Below are positions 39,895-47,644 of a DNA stretch of 64,000 nt, one piece after another (positions within the stretch are counted from its first letter, which is position 1; every line of letters starts with the position of its first letter). Location: assembly GCA_002717445.1 (NCBI GenBank), contig PBDY01000002.1:39186-103185 (forward strand). Direction: 5' to 3'. Both the position numbers and the translations under genes were made by a program. The notes under the pieces were generated by a model that had not been told where the DNA came from, did no database searches, and saw only the letters and a program-made list of their open reading frames with translations. This stretch comes from Gammaproteobacteria bacterium. Lineage in GTDB: Bacteria > Pseudomonadota > Gammaproteobacteria > Steroidobacterales > UBA11654.

Positions 39895-41339
39895 TGTCAA
39901 TATTGATCAGAATTTATCTGCTGATTTTGATATTTTCTCATCAAGTACTGGGGCAGGAACAATCTCTCGATCAGAATCATTTTGACCAGATCACATTTGA
40001 TCAAGACACACCTCTGATCCAAAAGTGGGTGACGTGTTATCCAGATTGCTCATCCCAAAATAAAAACTCTTTTGAGATCAATACTGATTTCAGAACAGTC
40101 TTAAAAATCATGAATAGCAAAGGAGATTCTCACAATGACTATGTGATGACATCAAGAAAAGTAGGCGATGACTTTAAGATTTCGTACGCCCGAAGCAATT
40201 ATGAAGATGGGATATCAGAAGTGATTTTCACAACTGACACAAAGTTTGGTTTTTTGGAGCTAACGGTTCGATCTGATGCTGATATTCAGATTGAAATCAA
40301 CCCAAAGAATTTATTAAAAGAAGGCGATATCTATGGAATGGGCGGTATCTACAATGGCACATGGCTAGTAAGGGTTGATGATCGTGGCTCTGAAAACCTA
40401 TCCAATTTGAGTCAAGCTATTACTCAGGAAGGTTCATGGATTGGTGTTCGAACAAGATTCTGGTCTTTCCTTGTTTCCCCTAGAAATAATGAAGCATTGG
40501 TCAATAAAATCAATGAATCAGAGCTGGGATTAAGATTTAGATCAACTGCTGTAGATGGCTTGCATCGGTTTGTCTTGTATTTTGGCCCTCTGAGTACAAA
40601 ACAGTTTGTAGGCTCAGAGTCAGAACTAAGGAAACTTATGTACGCTGCACTTTGGGACTGGTTGAGACAATTATGCTTCTTTATTGAGTGGATCTTCATT
40701 TGGCTTTTAGAATTTTCTGGAAATGCAGGTTTAGCAATTCTTCTGCTTGCATGCGTACTAAAAGTCATCATTTATCCTCTCAATCGAATTGCTGAAAAAT
40801 GGCAGGACGATGTGAATGTTATTCACTCTATGCTGCAACCTAAGATCAATGAAATAAAATGCAATTTCTCAGGCGAAGAGGCCAATCACAGAATCATGAA
40901 ACTGTATAAAGATAAAAACATAAGTCCTTTTTACTCAATAAAGAGTTTTTTTGGTTTTCTGATACAGATACCAATATTCATAGCGGTCTTTGATGTATTG
41001 GGAGAATCAATATATCTATTGGGAGAGCCTTTTGTTTTTATTAATGACCTAAGCAAGCCTGATCAATGGGCAATGTTGCCATTCTTTATTCCTTATTTTG
41101 GGTCTTCAATGAATCTTTTACCATTTTGCATGATGATCATCAGCATTTTGAGCGCATATCTTTATACAGATAAAAATTTAAACAAAAATTTATTAAGCAA
41201 CCAAAAAAGAAAATTATATTTGATGTCTTTCTTATTTTTTGTCTTGCTGTTCACTTTTCCATCCGGGATGGTGCTTTATTGGACAACTTCGAATTTCCTT
41301 CATTTGATGCAAATGCAAATAAAAAAGGCTCTTCATTGA
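39894..41339 (+). CDS. YidC/Oxa1 family membrane protein insertase homologue
   Basis: 481-aa ORF with a TAATG junction to the upstream gene. It has an N-terminal anchor/signal, a shortened P1-like domain (WIGVRTRFWSFLVSP; LYFGPL) and a core with GNAGLAILLLACVLKVIIYPL, MLQPKINEIK, MKLYKDKNISPF, LIQIPIFIAVF and FPSGMVLYWTTSN. Confidence 0.75.
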   Translation: MSILIRIYLLILIFSHQVLGQEQSLDQNHFDQITFDQDTPLIQKWVTCYPDCSSQNKNSFEINTDFRTVLKIMNSKGDSHNDYVMTSRKVGDDFKISYARSNYEDGISEVIFTTDTKFGFLELTVRSDADIQIEINPKNLLKEGDIYGMGGIYNGTWLVRVDDRGSENLSNLSQAITQEGSWIGVRTRFWSFLVSPRNNEALVNKINESELGLRFRSTAVDGLHRFVLYFGPLSTKQFVGSESELRKLMYAALWDWLRQLCFFIEWIFIWLLEFSGNAGLAILLLACVLKVIIYPLNRIAEKWQDDVNVIHSMLQPKINEIKCNFSGEEANHRIMKLYKDKNISPFYSIKSFFGFLIQIPIFIAVFDVLGESIYLLGEPFVFINDLSKPDQWAMLPFFIPYFGSSMNLLPFCMMIISILSAYLYTDKNLNKNLLSNQKRKLYLMSFLFFVLLFTFPSGMVLYWTTSNFLHLMQMQIKKALH

Positions 41340-41350
41340 AGAGCCTTTTT
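41321..41350. terminator. Bidirectional rho-independent terminator
   Basis: AAAAAA, then GGCTCTT (41327-41333), loop CATTG, AAGAGCC (41339-41345), then TTTTT. It sits between the convergent yidC-like gene and the 41366-41971 gene, and the yidC-like stop codon lies in the hairpin. Confidence 0.65.
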
Positions 41351-41365
41351 AGGATTGATGTTTTT

Positions 41366-41971
41366 TTACATGAAAAATCCGTGACCAGCACCTACCATGC
41401 TCATCAGCATTGGAATGGACAACATTGTGTTGGTTCTTGAAGCGAGAAAAGCAGTTCTTGCTGCTTTTGCTTTTTCTTCTGCAGTGGCCTCAACGATCCC
41501 CAAAACTTTTTTCTGGTTTGGCCAAATTAAAACCCAAACGTTGAACAACATAATGGTCCCCATCCATGCACCGATACCAATTGTTGTGGCATATGCATTC
41601 CCTGTTCTCATACCCAGTTCAAAAGCATCTCCAAGTACACCATTTAGATGCAAATAAGTTGCACCAGTCAACCATGTGACTAAGGCTGCCCATCTAAACC
41701 ACAGAAGCGCTCTTGGAGCGACATACTTAGTGATTGCTGCTGGCCCTGGCCCACCTTCATCAGCATTTGCTTCCGCGACGGAGGGAACTTGGACAAAATT
41801 AAAGTAATAAAGAAGACCGATCCAAGCCACACCTGCCGCCACATGTAACCAAATCACGATTGATTGGACACCATTAACTGAAGCGGTTGAATTTCCAATT
41901 GCAATCACTACAGCGATAACCAGTCCAGTTATAATCGTTCCAGTGATTTTATCCAAAGGATTCATAAACAT
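41366..41971 (-). CDS. Integral membrane protein, unknown function (resembles the N-terminal membrane domain of PuuD-type proteins)
   Basis: 201-aa ORF with 4-5 hydrophobic helices. The WLHVAAGVAWIGLLYYFNFVQ block resembles the WLH..A..WIG..FYF block of urate hydroxylase PuuD N-termini as I recall them. The functional call is weak. Confidence 0.5.
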   Translation of the reverse strand: MFMNPLDKITGTIITGLVIAVVIAIGNSTASVNGVQSIVIWLHVAAGVAWIGLLYYFNFVQVPSVAEANADEGGPGPAAITKYVAPRALLWFRWAALVTWLTGATYLHLNGVLGDAFELGMRTGNAYATTIGIGAWMGTIMLFNVWVLIWPNQKKVLGIVEATAEEKAKAARTAFLASRTNTMLSIPMLMSMVGAGHGFFM

Positions 41972-42101
41972 ACCCCTAATAATTTCTTAACAAACAGAAT
42001 TATAACAATTTTTCTATGAATCAAACAAATCGTCCAAAAATTATTCATTATTTTTAGGATTTTAGAATCTATAATATAACCATCTTAATTAGGAGTAATC
42101 G

Positions 42102-42419
42102 ATGACACTAGATGAACGAATAAAGAATCAATTGGAAGAGTTTCCTTTAATTCTGTACATGAAAGGTACGCCAGATTTTCCACAATGTGGATTCTCAGCG
42201 AAAGTTTGTGGAATCCTCAAAGCCTCAAACAAACGATTTGCCTTCGTCAATATTCTCGAAGATCATGAATTAAGAGAGGGCCTTAAGACCTTTTCAAATT
42301 GGCCAACTTTCCCTCAACTTTATGTCAATGGTGAGCTGGTCGGGGGATCAGATATCATTGAACAACTGTTTGAATCCGGCGAACTCACGACATTTCTTGA
42401 TTCTGTTCAAGAAAACTAG
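42102..42419 (+). CDS. grxD: Monothiol glutaredoxin (Grx4 family)
   Basis: 105-aa ORF with the CGFS active site (FPQCGFSAKV) and WPTFPQLYVNGELVGGSDI. Confidence 0.9.
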   Translation: MTLDERIKNQLEEFPLILYMKGTPDFPQCGFSAKVCGILKASNKRFAFVNILEDHELREGLKTFSNWPTFPQLYVNGELVGGSDIIEQLFESGELTTFLDSVQEN

Positions 42420-42442
42420 TTGCTTGTATCGGAGGATAGGTC

Positions 42443-43741
42443 ATTTCAGAAAAAAAGAAAATATCAGTTCCTGATCTTGGTGATTTCAGCGATGTAGAGA
42501 TCGTTGAAATGCATGTGCAGCCTGGAGACAACCTTAATATAGATGACCCAATCCTCACTTTAGAGACTGAAAAAGCAGCCATGGAGATTCCCAGTCCTAT
42601 TTCTGGGGCATTAATCGAGGTGTATGTCCAAAATGGAGACAAAATTAATCAAGGCGATGATCTGTGTTTGATCGAGGCTATAGAGACTGATCCTGTAGCC
42701 GAAGAAAATGAGGAGAAGGATACAGAACCAGAAATAAACAATGAAGGATCTCCCCAGATGACACGGGCTCAAAAGCCAGTTGAGCGGAGTCAAAAAAATG
42801 ATCGCCAATTCTTCAATACCTCTTTCGCCTCTGTGCATGCAAGCCCTTCAGTTAGAAAACTGTCACGCGAGCTGGGCGTAGATCTAAATCAAGTCAATGG
42901 ATCCGGAATGAAGGGCCGGATTCTTCCAGAGGATCTTAAATCATTCGTCAAAGGAGTAATGAGTGGAAAGATTGCTAGCGTTCAATCTGCTCTTCCAAAA
43001 CTGCCTGAAGTTGATCATTCTGCATTTGGAGATATCGAAAGCGTTCCATTGAGTCGGATAAAAAAGATATCGGGACCAAGACTTCAAGCCAGTTGGATCA
43101 ATATACCTCATGTCACGCAGCATGATGAGGTCGACATCAATAATCTGGAACAACTGAGAATGGATTTAAAGAAATCTTATCAATCAGATGGTATATCTCT
43201 TTCAATTCTTCCATTCATTGTTATGGCAGTTTGCCAACTCTTGAAGCAAATGCCTGATTTCAATTCATCGCTGGACGAGAAGAATTCAGCACTCATCCAT
43301 AAAAAATACATCAACATAGGATTTGCAGCAAATACCGATCAAGGGCTTATGGTTCCTGTCATAAAAAATGCAGATCAGAAAAGCTTAAAGAAAATCTCAC
43401 AAGAGCTTGTCAGGTTGAGTGAAGATGCCAGAAGCGGAAAGATCAAGTTAGAAGATCTTCAAGGCGGAACCTTTACGATATCGAGTCTGGGCGGTTTTGG
43501 GGGAGTTGGATTTACACCAATCATTAATCCACCCGAGGTTGCTATACTTGGCGTGGCTCGAGCACAAATAAGACCCATCATGATTAAAGGAAAATTCTTA
43601 CCAAGACTTATTCTTCCTCTTTCATTGTCTTATGACCATCGAGTCATTGACGGCGTTGGAGGCATTCAGTTTACAACTGCACTCAAGCAACTGCTTGAGA
43701 ATCCAGATTCATTTCTGTCTCAGGAGATCAGCGATGGTTGA
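42443..43741 (+). CDS. aceF: Dihydrolipoyllysine-residue acetyltransferase (E2 of a 2-oxo acid/pyruvate dehydrogenase complex), single lipoyl domain
   Basis: Lipoyl domain (TLETEKAAMEIPSP), E3-binding domain (SPSVRKLSRELGVDLNQVNGSGMKGRI) and catalytic domain (SLSYDHRVIDG). The start is placed at ATT 42443, 6 nt after GGAGGA, because the first ATG (42509) would truncate the lipoyl domain. Confidence 0.8.
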   Translation: MSEKKKISVPDLGDFSDVEIVEMHVQPGDNLNIDDPILTLETEKAAMEIPSPISGALIEVYVQNGDKINQGDDLCLIEAIETDPVAEENEEKDTEPEINNEGSPQMTRAQKPVERSQKNDRQFFNTSFASVHASPSVRKLSRELGVDLNQVNGSGMKGRILPEDLKSFVKGVMSGKIASVQSALPKLPEVDHSAFGDIESVPLSRIKKISGPRLQASWINIPHVTQHDEVDINNLEQLRMDLKKSYQSDGISLSILPFIVMAVCQLLKQMPDFNSSLDEKNSALIHKKYINIGFAANTDQGLMVPVIKNADQKSLKKISQELVRLSEDARSGKIKLEDLQGGTFTISSLGGFGGVGFTPIINPPEVAILGVARAQIRPIMIKGKFLPRLILPLSLSYDHRVIDGVGGIQFTTALKQLLENPDSFLSQEISDG

Positions 43742-45464
43742 GGTAAGAATACCTGATCTCGGTGATTTTGATGAAGTAGAGGTTGTTGAGATTCATGTGG
43801 CAAAAGGCGATACCATTCAGGAAGGAGACCCAATATTAACCCTTGAGACTGAAAAGGCTGCGATGGATGTTCAAAGTACTGTTTCTGGTGTTGTTGAAAA
43901 TGTTGTTGTTGGGCTTGGAGATAAGGTATCCAATGGAGATTTGGTCAGTAATGTCTCGTCTCAATCCCGACAGGATCCAGAAATACCCATTCAATCCAGA
44001 AATAATGAGCCAGATCAAAAGAATGAGTCCCACAATGAAACAATTCAGCCAATGCGATCTGAGCATGATTACGACCTGGTTGTACTGGGTGCAGGCCCCG
44101 GCGGTTATGCGGCTGCGTTCAGGGCTTCTGATCTAGGTTTAAATGTAGCTTTGGTCGATAGGAATGCAGATTTAGGAGGGGTTTGCCTCAATGTAGGATG
44201 CATTCCTTCAAAGGCCTTTCTTCATGCAGCAAAAATTTTAGACGACTCAAAAGATGCAGAGATCAGCGGTATAAAGTTCAATGAACCTGAAATTGATCTT
44301 TTCAAAATGAAAGCTTGGAAAAACAATATCATTGGAGGATTAACCGCAGGTCTCAAAGGACTTGCTCAGAAAAGAAACGTTGACGTGATTCAAGGTACAG
44401 CAACATTTTTATCAAAGACCGAGATTGAAATCATTCATGATGGTGAATCTAAGAAAATATCGTCTAAACAATTCATCATTGCAGTTGGTTCCGAACCGGC
44501 TGAGCTCCCTTTCTTCCCTGAGGATCCTAGGATTATTGATTCCACTGGCGCGCTGGAGCCTGATGATATTCCCTCAGATATTTTAATCATTGGTGGGGGC
44601 ATCATAGGTCTTGAGATGTCGACAATATACTCAGCCCTGGGCAGCGAAGTTACGATTATTGAGTTAACAAAAGACTTGATGCCAGGAACGGATCCTGATC
44701 TTGTAAGACCGCTTGAAAAAATTCTTAAAAAGAAGTGCAAAAATATCATGAAATCGGCCCAGGTGATTTCAGCTGAGCCTTCTGACCAAGGCATCAATGT
44801 TTTCTTTAGGCAAGACGACAAAGAATTCAGCGAAATATATCAAAACATTCTCGTTGCAGTTGGAAGAAAATCCAATGGACATCTTCTTGGCTTAGAGGAG
44901 ATAGGAGTGAAAGTAGACGATCGAGGCATCATCAGTGTCGATAAACAATTCAGAACCAATGTTGAATCCATTCTTGCCATTGGTGATGTGATTGGTGACC
45001 CCATGTTGGCCCACAAAGCAAGTCATGAAGGCAAAATTGCCGCTGAGGTAGTGGCAGGGCATAAAGTCACAAATGATGTTCGGTGTATTCCATCCGTTGC
45101 ATACACTGATCCTGAGGTAGCTTGGGTCGGGCTTTCAGAGGAAGAGTGTAAAGCCAAAGGGATGGATTATGGGAAAGGAATCTTTCCATGGTCAGCCAGT
45201 GGCAGATCGCTCACGATTGGTAGAAATGAGGGCATGACCAAATTACTCTTTAATCAATCAACCAAAAAGATCATTGGCGGTGGCATTGTTGGAACCAATG
45301 CCGGTGATTTAATCGCAGAGATTGTTTTAGCAATTGAAATGGATTGTGACGTGAATGATGTTGCTCTTACGGTTCACCCTCATCCCACATTATCTGAAAC
45401 GGTTGCAATGGCAGCAGAAGTGTTTGAAGGAACGATCACCGATTTATATATAAAAAGCCCATAA
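43734..45464 (+). CDS. lpd: Dihydrolipoyl dehydrogenase (E3) with N-terminal lipoyl domain
   Basis: ATG 43734 overlaps the aceF stop (ATGGTTGA). It has an N-terminal lipoyl domain (TLETEKAAMDVQS), the FAD motif DLVVLGAGPGGY, the redox disulfide GGVCLNVGCIPSK and a C-terminal HPHPTLSE. Confidence 0.9.
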   Translation: MVEVRIPDLGDFDEVEVVEIHVAKGDTIQEGDPILTLETEKAAMDVQSTVSGVVENVVVGLGDKVSNGDLVSNVSSQSRQDPEIPIQSRNNEPDQKNESHNETIQPMRSEHDYDLVVLGAGPGGYAAAFRASDLGLNVALVDRNADLGGVCLNVGCIPSKAFLHAAKILDDSKDAEISGIKFNEPEIDLFKMKAWKNNIIGGLTAGLKGLAQKRNVDVIQGTATFLSKTEIEIIHDGESKKISSKQFIIAVGSEPAELPFFPEDPRIIDSTGALEPDDIPSDILIIGGGIIGLEMSTIYSALGSEVTIIELTKDLMPGTDPDLVRPLEKILKKKCKNIMKSAQVISAEPSDQGINVFFRQDDKEFSEIYQNILVAVGRKSNGHLLGLEEIGVKVDDRGIISVDKQFRTNVESILAIGDVIGDPMLAHKASHEGKIAAEVVAGHKVTNDVRCIPSVAYTDPEVAWVGLSEEECKAKGMDYGKGIFPWSASGRSLTIGRNEGMTKLLFNQSTKKIIGGGIVGTNAGDLIAEIVLAIEMDCDVNDVALTVHPHPTLSETVAMAAEVFEGTITDLYIKSP

Positions 45465-45469
45465 TTCAG

Positions 45470-46618
45470 CTATCCCGTCCGGTCCCGGAAGAGCATAAAG
45501 TAAATCAGAACAGACAATGCAATAAATAATCCGGAGAAGTAGTTTATGAGCAAAGGATTTCCTGTATTTAATAGGGATGCAATGACCGCATGGCCAATTG
45601 AGATTCCCCCTAATTGTGCAGCAGGTATCATGACCGAATAATTGCCAGATTTATCTACCGATGCAACCATGCCCATTAAAAATGGTCCGACAAAGTTCCA
45701 CGCAACTTGAAAGAAAATGGCTCTCAGCGTGAATCCAATCCAGCTGATTTCTCCAACAAAGCTTAAGACAATCAATATTTGAACTGTAAGGGCTCCTAAA
45801 ACTGCATGAGATCGATCAACTTTATCAATCAACATAGAAGCTGAGATTGGACCAATGATGCTCATCGCAGTACTTATGAATAAAGCCCTACCAATGGCAT
45901 CACTGGCTAGGCCATTATTTATTCCATATGGAACCAAGTTGTTAAAGAAGGGCCCAACACCCATTTGCCAGATCACCATGATTAAAAGACCAATAAGTGG
46001 AAGAAGAGTAAGCTTTGCTTGACCTTGACTCGTTGAGCCATCAATTTCAGACTGGTTTCCGTTGAAAAGGTACCTGACAAAGAAAAGTCCGACAAAAGCT
46101 AGTGTAATAGCTGGTATTGTCATTCCTGAAATACCATATTTTGACATCGCAACTGGGACAAAGAGAGCAGTCAATGATCCCATAACAACTTGAGCAGCCA
46201 CGGTATAGGCGAAGTTTTTATCAGGGTTATGGGTGCGCCCGATTGCTGCCACGCCAAGCGAAAAGCATACACCATGCCCAAATAATCCAGTCATAAATCG
46301 AACCATCACAAGAAAAGAAAATGATTGACCTCCCGAAAACTCGACGCTGGATGCTATATTACCCAGTATGATTATAGCGATTGAAAAGAATGCAATTGTT
46401 CTCCATGGGAATCGTTTTATCCAAAAAAATCCCAACATTGAGGATAACGCCATCCCCGCAATCTCAGCAGAAGATACCAAGTTGGCTTGAGATTGACTGA
46501 ACCCCAGTTCTGAAATGATGCCTCCAACAAAAAATGGCATACCAAAAACAAAGAAAACCCCCACACAGCTGATGATGATTGCTGAGATAACTTCAATTTT
46601 TTTATCTTTCAAAGGCAT
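45470..46618 (-). CDS. MFS transporter
   Basis: 382-aa ORF with about 12 TM segments in a 6+6 arrangement. No substrate inference. Confidence 0.7.
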   Translation of the reverse strand: MPLKDKKIEVISAIIISCVGVFFVFGMPFFVGGIISELGFSQSQANLVSSAEIAGMALSSMLGFFWIKRFPWRTIAFFSIAIIILGNIASSVEFSGGQSFSFLVMVRFMTGLFGHGVCFSLGVAAIGRTHNPDKNFAYTVAAQVVMGSLTALFVPVAMSKYGISGMTIPAITLAFVGLFFVRYLFNGNQSEIDGSTSQGQAKLTLLPLIGLLIMVIWQMGVGPFFNNLVPYGINNGLASDAIGRALFISTAMSIIGPISASMLIDKVDRSHAVLGALTVQILIVLSFVGEISWIGFTLRAIFFQVAWNFVGPFLMGMVASVDKSGNYSVMIPAAQLGGISIGHAVIASLLNTGNPLLINYFSGLFIALSVLIYFMLFRDRTG

Positions 46619-46644
46619 TCATTTATTATGCTACATTTGGTTTT

Positions 46645-47298
46645 ATGAATAAATCAGATAGGGCAAATATCATCATTGACGCTTTGAATGAAGCGTATCC
46701 AGAAACACCAATCCCATTGGATCATAAGGATATCTATACTTTATTGATCGCTGTGTTGCTCTCCGCTCAATGCACAGATAAAAGAGTTAATGAAGTAACG
46801 CCTGAGTTATTTGCGATGGCATCGGACCCTTTTGCAATGACAAAACTATCGGTTGAATCTATCTATGAGATCATAAAACCATGTGGCTTAGGACCAAAAA
46901 AATCAAAAGCAATCAGTAATTTATCTCATACATTGGTCTATGAATATGATCAAAAAGTCCCTGAAAGCTTTGAGGCACTAGAGCAATTGCCTGGCGTTGG
47001 ACATAAAACAGCGTCAGTGGTTATGAGCCAGGGTTTTGGTCATCCAGCTTTTCCAGTGGATACCCATATTCACCGTTTGGCTCATCGCTGGGGTCTTAGC
47101 AATGGAAAGAATGTTCAAAAGACCGAAAAGGATCTCAAAAATATTTTCCCTGAATCAGATTGGAGCAGACTTCATCTGCAAATCATTTATTGGGGGAGAG
47201 AGCATTGCCAAGCAAGAGCTTGTTATGGGCTTGAGTGTTATATATGTAAGTCTTGTTATCCGAGAAGAAAGACTCCCGTTAAACACAAACGAGGATAG
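46645..47298 (+). CDS. nth: Endonuclease III
   Basis: 217-aa ORF with a HhH-GPD region (LPGVGHKTASVVM), VDTHIHRL and a C-terminal Cys cluster. Confidence 0.9.
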   Translation: MNKSDRANIIIDALNEAYPETPIPLDHKDIYTLLIAVLLSAQCTDKRVNEVTPELFAMASDPFAMTKLSVESIYEIIKPCGLGPKKSKAISNLSHTLVYEYDQKVPESFEALEQLPGVGHKTASVVMSQGFGHPAFPVDTHIHRLAHRWGLSNGKNVQKTEKDLKNIFPESDWSRLHLQIIYWGREHCQARACYGLECYICKSCYPRRKTPVKHKRG

Positions 47299-47302
47299 GT
47301 AA

Positions 47303-47644
47303 TCAACTGACTCTTTGCCCCGGCTCTGCTCCATCATCTGGTGAAATCAAGAATACCCCTGAATCGTCATCGCCCGATGCAAGTAACATGCCTTCAGAAA
47401 CCCCAAAACGCATTTTTCTCGGCTTAAGATTGGCAACGACAACGATCAGTTTTCCAATCAGTTCGGAAGGGTCATAGTATCCTTTGATGCCTGCAAAAAT
47501 GGTTCTTTCATCTGAACCGATATCCACCCTTATTTCAAGAAGCTTGTCGGCCTCTTCGACGTCTTTTGCATCGATGATTTTAGCCACTCTTAGGTCAACG
47601 TTGATGAACTCATCAAAGTTGATAATGTTTTCTTCATTACTCAT
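47303..47644 (-). CDS. Stand-alone tRNA-binding (Trbp111/EMAP-like) domain, equivalent to the C-terminal domain of MetRS ('MetRS beta')
   Basis: 113-aa [48 protein letters not shown] and GAEPGQRV match the C-terminal domain of E. coli MetRS. Its ATG overlaps the metG stop (ATGA). Confidence 0.85.
   Translation of the reverse strand: MSNEENIINFDEFINVDLRVAKIIDAKDVEEADKLLEIRVDIGSDERTIFAGIKGYYDPSELIGKLIVVVANLKPRKMRFGVSEGMLLASGDDDSGVFLISPDDGAEPGQRVS

Noticed and set aside
32170-41350. The phosphonate operon as a horizontally acquired genomic island
   Set aside because: I see no flanking tRNA, integrase, transposase or direct repeats. By eye, base composition and codon style do not differ from the flanks. 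Skew and k-mer statistics would be needed, and I cannot compute them.
42044-42075. TATAAT at 42070-42075 as the -10 box of a grxD promoter
   Set aside because: There is no acceptable -35 element at 16-18 nt spacing, and TATAAT-like hexamers are frequent in this AT-rich DNA. This is not enough to report as a feature.
42385-42642. 85-aa minus-strand ORF spanning the grxD/aceF junction
   Set aside because: It overlaps the lipoyl-domain coding sequence and the grxD 3' end, and it has no family resemblance.
43632-43733. 34-codon N-terminal extension of the lpd ORF (MTIESLTALEAF...)
   Set aside because: It lies entirely inside the aceF catalytic-domain coding region in another frame. The lipoyl domain begins at Met-43734, which forms a typical ATGGTTGA overlap with the aceF stop.
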